Of a stretch of DNA of 62,407 nt, positions 1 through 6,640 are shown in pieces. The position numbers and the translations under genes were made by a program. Location: the NCBI GenBank assembly GCA_003519445.1, contig DOWS01000046.1, positions 1 through 62,407 of the forward strand, given 5' to 3'. Source of the DNA: Candidatus Daviesbacteria bacterium. GTDB lineage: Bacteria > Patescibacteriota > Microgenomatia > Daviesbacterales > UBA10151. The notes under the pieces were generated by a model. That model was given only the letters and a program-made list of their open reading frames with translations, was not told where the DNA came from and did not search any database. The first letter of the stretch is position 1. Every line of letters begins with the position of its first letter.

Positions 1-3
1 AAT

Positions 4-366
4 TTGTTTTGGGGGTGCTATACAAATTCTATCAAGGAAAATTTAATTCCGGAGTCAGTTACTAAAAATCAAGCTAAAGTCATTTACGCATCTGAAGCGG
101 ATATTCTCAATATGGCTCTATTCGGCAAGACCGCCCTGAATTGGAGAGATGAAAATAAAGGGAAAGAAGGTAATATCCGTGATTACTCTGATGTTACACA
201 ACTGGTGGTTTTGGCCAATCTTGAAGGGATCAATGCCGAGTTAATCCGTCAAGGTTTATCCCAATCGGAAAGATTAATTAAACTAAACAAAATTGCAATC
301 TCCCAAATGAGATCGCTGCTGGGAAGCCCTTCTTTAAAGAAACTATCAGAAAAAAATGTGGTTTGA
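4..366 (+). pseudogene. C-terminal fragment of a KilA-N-domain-family DNA-binding protein
   Basis: IKENLIP...YASEADILNMALFGKTA..WR...NIRDY....QLVVLANLE..NA..I..G..Q.ERL..LN..AI.QM matches the C-terminal half of bacterial KilA-N proteins as I recall it. The first residues (NLFWGC) do not fit the family, so the gene is probably 5'-truncated; the window edge limits certainty. Confidence 0.6.
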
Positions 367-487
367 TATGGGAAGAAAATATGAAGTTAAATATTTACAT
401 TGGGCATAATCGAAATGTTCACATTGAGTGCAATCGAAATACTATCTAACTCCGCTCATTTTTGCCATAGTACTGAGCTTGCTTAGG

Positions 488-496
488 TGCTAGAAT
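488..496 (+). promoter_or_regulatory. Extended -10 element (TGCTAGAAT) upstream of the MazG-helicase-RadC operon
   Basis: TGn-TAGAAT 14 nt upstream of the ATG at 511; no good -35. Confidence 0.4.
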
Positions 497-510
497 TAAT
501 CTAAGAAAAT

Positions 511-858
511 ATGAAAGATACTAATGAATTAATAAGAAAAATAATTATTTTTCGTAATGAGCGTAACTGGCAGCAATTCCATAATCCAAAAGATTTGGCT
601 TTGTCGTTAGTTTTAGAAGCAACTGAGGTAATGGAACATTTTCAGTGGAAAAATAAAGAGGAAATTGAGAGATATATTAAAACTAATAAAACCGACATCG
701 GTGAAGAATTGGCTGATGTGCTTTATTGGGTTTTGCTTATGAGTCATGATTTGAAAATTGATGTTTTAGAAGCATTAGAGAGGAAGATTTTAAAAAATGA
801 AGAAAAATATCCGGTTGAAAAGGCAAAAGGAAAACATACGAAATATAATAAACTTTAA
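511..858 (+). CDS. MazG-like all-alpha nucleotide pyrophosphohydrolase (dCTP pyrophosphatase-like)
   Basis: RNWQQFHNPKDLALSLVLEATEVMEHFQW and EELADV metal-binding motifs; KNEEKYP tail; 115 aa. Confidence 0.9.
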   Translation: MKDTNELIRKIIIFRNERNWQQFHNPKDLALSLVLEATEVMEHFQWKNKEEIERYIKTNKTDIGEELADVLYWVLLMSHDLKIDVLEALERKILKNEEKYPVEKAKGKHTKYNKL

Positions 859-860
859 TT

Positions 861-2786
861 ATGGCAGTTATTTATTCATCCACAAAAACTGAATTTATGG
901 CAGATGTCGATATTGCTACAACAGTAGAAGCATCTTTTGTTAGAGAGGTTGGCTATCGACCATCACCCGCTCAAATTGGTGCATTTAGGAACTCATTGCC
1001 ATATATGAGAAGGGTTTTGGAGGTGCCTGAGATACCGGGTAATGTAGGTATCGCTATAGAATATAAAATTCCTTCTACTTCTAAAAGGATTGATTTTATT
1101 ATCACAGGGAAAAATGAAGATAATATACCAGTACTAGTTTTAGTTGAATTAAAACAGTGGAGTGAGAACATTTTTGTTACTAATATGGATGGTATTGTAA
1201 ATACCAAATTTTATGGCGATGTTGAACATCCGTCATACCAGGCTTGGTCTTATTCAACTTTATTAGAGGACTACAATAGTAATATTCAAGATAACCATAT
1301 TAGTATTAAACCGTGTGCCTATCTTCATAATTATCAAGAAGATAATGTTATTAAAAATGATTTTTATAAAGAATATACAGACAAAGCACCGGTATTTTTC
1401 AAGTCAGACTGCGAGAAACTTCAAAGTTTTATAAAAAAATTTGTTAAATATGGTGATAATAAAGAATCTTTGTATTCAATCGAAAAAGGAAAAATAAGAC
1501 CCTCCAAAGCACTGGCAGACAGCCTTGCTTCAATGTTTAAAAAAAATAAAAAAGAGTTTACTTTAATAGACGATCAGAAAATTGTTTATGAAAAAGCATT
1601 GCAACTTGCCAAGTTATCAAACAGTAGGAATAAAAATGTTTTAATAGTTCGTGGTGGGCCCGGTACCGGCAAATCTGTTGTTGCAATTAATTTACTTTCT
1701 GAACTAATAAATAAAAAAGCTGATAATAATGTAAGCTATGTTACTAAAAATTCAGCTCCTAGAAGAGTATTTCAAGTAATGTTAGCTGGTGTATTCACAC
1801 AAACAAGGATTTCAAATTTGTTTAGGTCGTCAGATTCTTTTCTGAATCTAGAACCTAATATATTTGACACACTAATAATAGATGAGGCGCATAGGGTTAC
1901 AAAACAGGGTGGTTTTATGGGTAACTTAGGTGAGAATCAAATTATGGAGTTAATTAAGGCGACAAAGTTTAGTATATTTTTTATTGATGAAGACCAAAGA
2001 GTAACACTGAAAGACATAGGAAGAGAATCTGAAATTTCAGACTGGGCCAAAAAATTAGGCGCGAATGTAAGCTTTATGGAACTCGCTTCTCAATTTAGAT
2101 GTAACGGCTCAGATGGTTATTTGCCATGGTTAGATAATCTATTACAAATTAAAGAAACTGCTAATGAGACTACAGAGGGTATTAATTATGATTTTAAAAT
2201 ATTTGATGATGTGAGATTGATGCACGATGAAATTATTAATAAGAATAAACAGAATAATAAATCTAGAATGGTTGCAGGTTATTGTTGGAAGTGGATTAGT
2301 CAAAATGATCCTAGTTTAAAGGATATAGTCATTGGTGATTACCAAGCTACTTGGAATTTGAAACAACATGGACAAGCTTGGCTAGTTCATCCTGAATCTG
2401 TTACTGAAGTTGGTTGTATTCATACATGTCAAGGACTAGATCTTGATTATGTGGGCGTGATTATTGGGCTAGATTTGATTATAAGAGACGGAAAAGTAAT
2501 AACAGATCCGACAAAAAGAGCAACAACAGATAGGTCTTTAAGGGGATTAAATAGATTGGTTGAAGAAAACCCGATTGAAGCAAATAGGTTAGCTGATAGT
2601 ATAATAAAAAATACCTACAGAACATTAATGACTAGAGGAATGAAGGGTTGTTATATTTACTCAGTTGATCCAGAGACGCAACGTTATTTCCAAGAGCACT
2701 TAAACAGCCAAATTTCTGACTCTACTATTTATACGGATGACTCTAATGGTGCTTCGTTTAATGTTGATAAACAGATAAATGAGTAA
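861..2786 (+). CDS. DUF2075 (Schlafen group 3-like) SF1 helicase with N-terminal PD-(D/E)xK-like nuclease domain
   Basis: N-terminal IEY...RIDFII...LVELKQW; Walker A GGPGTGKS; Walker B IIDEAH; SQFRC; GCIHTCQGLDLDY; YRTLMTRGMKG. Confidence 0.85.
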   Translation: MAVIYSSTKTEFMADVDIATTVEASFVREVGYRPSPAQIGAFRNSLPYMRRVLEVPEIPGNVGIAIEYKIPSTSKRIDFIITGKNEDNIPVLVLVELKQWSENIFVTNMDGIVNTKFYGDVEHPSYQAWSYSTLLEDYNSNIQDNHISIKPCAYLHNYQEDNVIKNDFYKEYTDKAPVFFKSDCEKLQSFIKKFVKYGDNKESLYSIEKGKIRPSKALADSLASMFKKNKKEFTLIDDQKIVYEKALQLAKLSNSRNKNVLIVRGGPGTGKSVVAINLLSELINKKADNNVSYVTKNSAPRRVFQVMLAGVFTQTRISNLFRSSDSFLNLEPNIFDTLIIDEAHRVTKQGGFMGNLGENQIMELIKATKFSIFFIDEDQRVTLKDIGRESEISDWAKKLGANVSFMELASQFRCNGSDGYLPWLDNLLQIKETANETTEGINYDFKIFDDVRLMHDEIINKNKQNNKSRMVAGYCWKWISQNDPSLKDIVIGDYQATWNLKQHGQAWLVHPESVTEVGCIHTCQGLDLDYVGVIIGLDLIIRDGKVITDPTKRATTDRSLRGLNRLVEENPIEANRLADSIIKNTYRTLMTRGMKGCYIYSVDPETQRYFQEHLNSQISDSTIYTDDSNGASFNVDKQINE

Positions 2787-3498
2787 TAAGAATATTCTTA
2801 ATTCAAGTATTAAAAAAATACACCCTTCGGAGGGACACAGAAAAAGACTTCGGGAAAAATTTCTTGAATTTGGCCTAAGTGGGTTTCTTGATTATGAGAT
2901 TGTTGAATTATTGCTAACATTAGGCACTCCACGCAAAGATTGCAAAGCAATAGCTAAAGAAGCTATAAAAAATTTTAAAACTCTAAAAGGTGTACTGGAT
3001 GCGGATGTATCCGAGCTAACTACGATTAATGGAATTGGTATGTCAAATGTTTTGGGGATAATTCTATTTCGAGCAATTTCTGAACAATACTCAAAAGAAA
3101 AAATCTCCCCCAAAATCTTATTAAATTCTTCTAAGTTGGTTGCTGAATATCTTCAAACAAAAATAGGAAACAAGAAGGAAGAACATTTTATGATCTTGTA
3201 CTTTGATACAAGAAATAAATTAATAAATGAAGAAATTTCTATTGGTACATTAAATGCAAGCCTGGTTCATCCAAGAGAGGTTTTTAAAAAGGCGATAAAA
3301 GATAATATTGCACAAATTATTGTTGCACACAATCATCCATCTGGTGATCCCAACCCTTCAGAGGAAGATATATCTACAACAAACAGGCTTATTGAGGTAG
3401 GTAAATTAGTAGGCATTTCTATAATTGATCATTTGGTGATTACTCTAAATGATTATTTCAGCTTCAAAGAGAAAGGTATTATTACAACTAAAATTTAG
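2779..3498 (+). CDS. radC: RadC/UPF0758 JAB-domain protein
   Basis: GHRKRLREKF N-terminus, HhH-like INGIG, HPREVF, AHNHPSGDPNPSEED, IIDHLVI. Start overlaps the helicase stop by 8 bp. Confidence 0.92.
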   Translation: MSNKNILNSSIKKIHPSEGHRKRLREKFLEFGLSGFLDYEIVELLLTLGTPRKDCKAIAKEAIKNFKTLKGVLDADVSELTTINGIGMSNVLGIILFRAISEQYSKEKISPKILLNSSKLVAEYLQTKIGNKKEEHFMILYFDTRNKLINEEISIGTLNASLVHPREVFKKAIKDNIAQIIVAHNHPSGDPNPSEEDISTTNRLIEVGKLVGISIIDHLVITLNDYFSFKEKGIITTKI

Positions 3499-3524
3499 TG
3501 AATACTAGTTAAAGAAGTGCAACT

Positions 3525-3641
3525 ATGAAATTAAAACAAGAGTTAATATCTTATTCAAGTAAAATAAATGAAGAAGTTTATAAACTCTACGGCTTAACGC
3601 CGGAAGAAATTGCAAATGTGGAGGGGGTTGCTAAGAATTAG
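3525..3641 (+). pseudogene. 38-aa remnant of the C-terminus of a type IIG (Eco57I-like) restriction-modification enzyme
   Basis: Manual translation gives MKLKQELISYSSKINEEVYKLYGLTPEEIANVEGVAKN*. The (ID/N)xxVYxLYGLTxEEIxxVEG pattern is the typical extreme C-terminus of type IIG RM proteins. Not in the ORF track. Confidence 0.7.
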
Positions 3642-4224
3642 ATTTGACTATTCCTTCTTTTACCAGCCTTCGGGCTAAAACATCACCGGAAACTTGGAAG
3701 ATATCGAGTAAATCTTCTGTAATTGTGGCAAAAATTTCGGGTGTTTCTTGAGAGGGGATTCTTCCTAACCTCTTCTTGAGTTCATTAATAAGCAGTTGGG
3801 TTGGAACTAAAACATGACTTGCAAAACTATATGCTTGATATTCGAGCCAGCCATGTTCTTCATCGGTTATTTTTGCCGCTAGGCTGTTTAAATCCTCAAC
3901 GGAGTTGATATTAAGATTTTTAAATAAATCACCATGTAATATAAAATGACCAATTTCATGGGCAATAGTAAACCGCGTTCTATTTTCAAAATTCATATAT
4001 AAGTTGAAATCTATAAAAATTGTAGTTAAATCAGAAATTAGGAACCCGTCCACGTCATAATCTTTTTTTAGATTTATTTGTTCATGAATTTTAAGATTAA
4101 GTTTTTGCTCGGCGATCTCTTCAATCGGTATTGGTAGTGAATTGCGGGGATGGTAATTGGTCAGAAATTGATCTGCTATTTCACCAATTCTTTTGTATGA
4201 AAGACATTGCAGGGTAATATTCAT
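3631..4224 (-). CDS. ImmA/IrrE family metallo-endopeptidase (DUF955)
   Basis: RFTIAHEIGHFILH (HExxH) and LEYQAYSFASHVLVP; ATGA-coupled to the upstream HTH gene. Confidence 0.9.
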   Translation of the reverse strand: MNITLQCLSYKRIGEIADQFLTNYHPRNSLPIPIEEIAEQKLNLKIHEQINLKKDYDVDGFLISDLTTIFIDFNLYMNFENRTRFTIAHEIGHFILHGDLFKNLNINSVEDLNSLAAKITDEEHGWLEYQAYSFASHVLVPTQLLINELKKRLGRIPSQETPEIFATITEDLLDIFQVSGDVLARRLVKEGIVKSNS

Positions 4225-4610
4225 TCATTATTAATCAGATCAACCAATTCCTGGAGCTTTTTTTTGGATAGTCTTTGACCACGAGCAGTTCTAAAAAGTA
4301 AAGGTAAAAACCTTGGTGCTCGTGTGTTTGACAGTATATCTTCCGGTACTCTGCCCTTGGCAGCATGAGCAAGGTCAAAAAATATGGTCCATTCCTCGCT
4401 ATCTTTTGGAATTTTTAAGGCAACAGCATATCCTGCCAGTTTTTCTTTATCAATACTGGGCGAAAGGATATTTCTTTCGAGTCTGCTGATATTTCCCGGG
4501 TCATAACCGTATCTTTCGCAAAAAGATCGAAGGGTAAAACCAATAGCAACCCTTTTTTGTCTGAAGAATTCTCCGAATGATTGAACAGTAAAGACTTGAC
4601 TTTTTGCCAT
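4221..4610 (-). CDS. XRE-family helix-turn-helix transcriptional regulator
   Basis: FGEFFRQKRVAIGFTLRSFCERYGYDPGNISRLERN HTH. Start moved from 4649 to ATG 4610 because the promoter lies between them. Confidence 0.85.
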   Translation of the reverse strand: MAKSQVFTVQSFGEFFRQKRVAIGFTLRSFCERYGYDPGNISRLERNILSPSIDKEKLAGYAVALKIPKDSEEWTIFFDLAHAAKGRVPEDILSNTRAPRFLPLLFRTARGQRLSKKKLQELVDLINNE

Positions 4611-4649
4611 ATCTGTTGTAATAATAGTACAACAGTTTTTATTTGTCAA
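4596..4649. promoter_or_regulatory. Overlapping divergent promoters with a perfect palindromic operator CTGTTGTA-N7-TACAACAG (4613-4635)
   Basis: Minus strand: TTGACA(4649-4644)-N17-TATTAT(4626-4621). Plus strand: TTGACT(4596-4601)-N17/18-TAATAA/AATAAT. The 8-bp inverted repeat covers both -10 boxes. Confidence 0.7.
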
Positions 4650-4688
4650 GGAGGTGATTGTTAATGATGATATGGAAATGCCCTACAT

Positions 4689-4937
4689 GTGGAGAAGCAA
4701 CCGGTTTCTATAGGTGCTCAAGTAAGGGTGGGTGGTAATGTTAATAATTCTGGGAGCATAAAAGTATTTCCTGATGGCAGATTCACAATAGACGGTAGTT
4801 TAATTAATACGGGTAGTTTAATCATAAATGACCCTGAGAAAATAAAACAATTACTTGTAGAATTAGTAAAAACTAGCGGGAATTTCGCCACATTAGGTAT
4901 GGAAGTGCTAAGAAGATTTTTTGGATTGAGGGAGTAA
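4689..4937 (+). CDS. Small hypothetical protein (G/N-rich beta-strand repeats then a helix); start uncertain, possibly frameshifted from the RBS-led ORF at 4664-4738
   Basis: 82-aa ORF with GTG start. The strong RBS AAGGAGGTGA (4648-4657) instead precedes ATG 4664 in another frame (MMIWKCPTCGEATGFYRCSSKGGW*). Confidence 0.4.
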   Translation: MEKQPVSIGAQVRVGGNVNNSGSIKVFPDGRFTIDGSLINTGSLIINDPEKIKQLLVELVKTSGNFATLGMEVLRRFFGLRE

Positions 4938-5020
4938 AAAATTACCAATAAACAAGCTGGGGATTTTGGGGGAAGGGAGTCTTGACTTTCGGGTAATTTA
5001 TGGTTTAAAGTAGAGTATAT

Positions 5021-5275
5021 ATGAAAAAAGGCAAGCAAATTATTAAACAAAATGAGTTTACCGAGTTTTTACTTTACACAACGCCAAATGGAAAAGTAAA
5101 AGTTGAAATATTTCTTCATAATGAAAATATCTGGTTAACCCAAGCTAGAATTGCCGAACTTTTTGGAGTAAATCGTCCCGCCATTACTAAACATTTAAAA
5201 AACATATTTGAAACTAAGGAGTTGAACAAGAAATCAGTTAGTTCCATTTTGGAACATACTGCAAAAAACTTTTAA
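5021..5275 (+). pseudogene. N-terminal fragment of a RhuM-like (virulence RhuM family) DNA-binding protein
   Basis: EFLLYTTPNGKVKVEI....NIWLTQARIAELFGVNRPAITKHLKNIFETKEL...SV.SILEHTA, then an early stop. Full-length members are much longer. Confidence 0.75.
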
Positions 5276-5293
5276 AAAAGGTTAAGAAATAAT

Positions 5294-6133
5294 ATGGATG
5301 CAAAATTAGCTGTTTTTGAAGGAAGAAAAATCCGCAGGCAATGGGATGGGAAAAAGGAAAAGTGGTATTTTTCCGTGGTTGATATTATACAGGCTTTGAT
5401 TCAACAGCCAGATTATCAAACCTCCAGAAAATACTGGAATAAATTAAAAGAAAGATTAAAGAAGGAAGGAAGTGAGTCGGTGACAAATTGTCACCAACTG
5501 AAAATGCAAGCAAGCGATGGAAAATTTTATAAAACAGATGTGGCTGATGTAGAAACTTTGTTTCGTCTGATTCAATCCGTTCCTAGTCCTAAAGCAGAAC
5601 CAATTAAACTTTGGCTGGCAAAAGTCGGGTATGAAAGATTACAAGAAATAGCTGATCCGGAAAAATCTATCAGCAGAGGCAGAACAAATTGGCAAAGAAT
5701 GGGCAGGAGCCAGAAATGGATCCAGCAGAGAATGATGGGTCAGGAAATCCGCAATAAACTGACTGATTATTGGAAAGATAATGAAGTTAGTCAAAAAGAT
5801 GAATATGCAATTTTGACAAATATTATTCATGAGGAATGGAGTGATCTATCGGTTAAGGAACACAAGTCGCTGAAAAATCTCAAGACAGAAAACTTGCGTG
5901 ATCATATGACAGATGCGGAACTGGTTTTTACGGCTTTGGCGGAACTTTCAACCAGGCAAATTGCAGAGGTAGATCAGGCCAAGGGTTTTGAAGAAAACAT
6001 AATTCCGGCCAAAAAAGGCGGACGGATTGCTAAAAATGCCCGGAAGGAGCTGGAGCAGAAAACCAGCAGAAAAGTTGTTTCAGGAGAAAATTTTAAGCTG
6101 CCGGGAAAGAAACTCCTAGACGGAGCATATTAA
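5294..6133 (+). CDS. BRO-N domain protein (phage antirepressor-like)
   Basis: IRRQWD...WYFSVVDII...RKYWNKLK.RL..EGSE.VTNCHQLKM...DGK...TDVA....RLIQSVPSPKAEP.KLWLA; C-terminal NLRDHMT..EL. Confidence 0.88.
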   Translation: MDAKLAVFEGRKIRRQWDGKKEKWYFSVVDIIQALIQQPDYQTSRKYWNKLKERLKKEGSESVTNCHQLKMQASDGKFYKTDVADVETLFRLIQSVPSPKAEPIKLWLAKVGYERLQEIADPEKSISRGRTNWQRMGRSQKWIQQRMMGQEIRNKLTDYWKDNEVSQKDEYAILTNIIHEEWSDLSVKEHKSLKNLKTENLRDHMTDAELVFTALAELSTRQIAEVDQAKGFEENIIPAKKGGRIAKNARKELEQKTSRKVVSGENFKLPGKKLLDGAY

Positions 6134-6394
6134 TGTAATTTAATTGATAGCTTCATCTCATATGCTCATGTCTGCGCCAACCTTTTGCGCGAAAGTGACG
6201 CATGGTAGGTATTCCAGAGTGTCGTTTGTGGTCATCATAGGCAGGCTCTCGTAAAAATTCGTCATGCTGTTTCCTTAAGCCTGCCTCTATATCAACAGGT
6301 GTTAATTTTGTTTCTCTTTCAACTGCTTACATATAGTTTCAGATTATAGCAAAAAAGTTGTTGAATTGGGGAAATTTGTGTTACTCTTAATTTA

Positions 6395-6640
6395 ATGTCC
6401 AAAAAGAGTTTTGTAATTATTTTAATTTTAAGTGTGGTGGTAACATGGTTAATTAAAGAGATTCAGGGGGTTTTGAAATTTTCTTTAGGTGGATTAGATG
6501 TAGGTTTACCGATAAGTTTTTATAAATGCTCTTTTATAAGCTCATGCACTATAGATTATGGAATGTTGGTAATTGATATAATTTTTTGGTTTGTGGTGAT
6601 TTGGGGAACTTGGAAAGGGGTTTCAAAAATTCGTTTCTAA
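6395..6640 (+). CDS. Small two-TM membrane protein of unknown function
   Basis: Hydrophobic N- and C-termini; loop GLPISFYKC....SC; DIIFWFVVIWG; TGT-TACTCT -10-like box 7 nt upstream. Confidence 0.6.
   Translation: MSKKSFVIILILSVVVTWLIKEIQGVLKFSLGGLDVGLPISFYKCSFISSCTIDYGMLVIDIIFWFVVIWGTWKGVSKIRF

Noticed and set aside
444..488. attC-like hairpin (ATCTAAC..GCTCA..TGAGC..CTTAGGT)
   Set aside because: Only about 45 bp, the right end is not GTTRRRY, there are no further copies between the other cassettes, and no integrase is present.
3631..6133. Intact prophage or ICE
   Set aside because: Repressor, peptidase and BRO genes are present, but there are no structural, replication, conjugation or integrase genes in the window.
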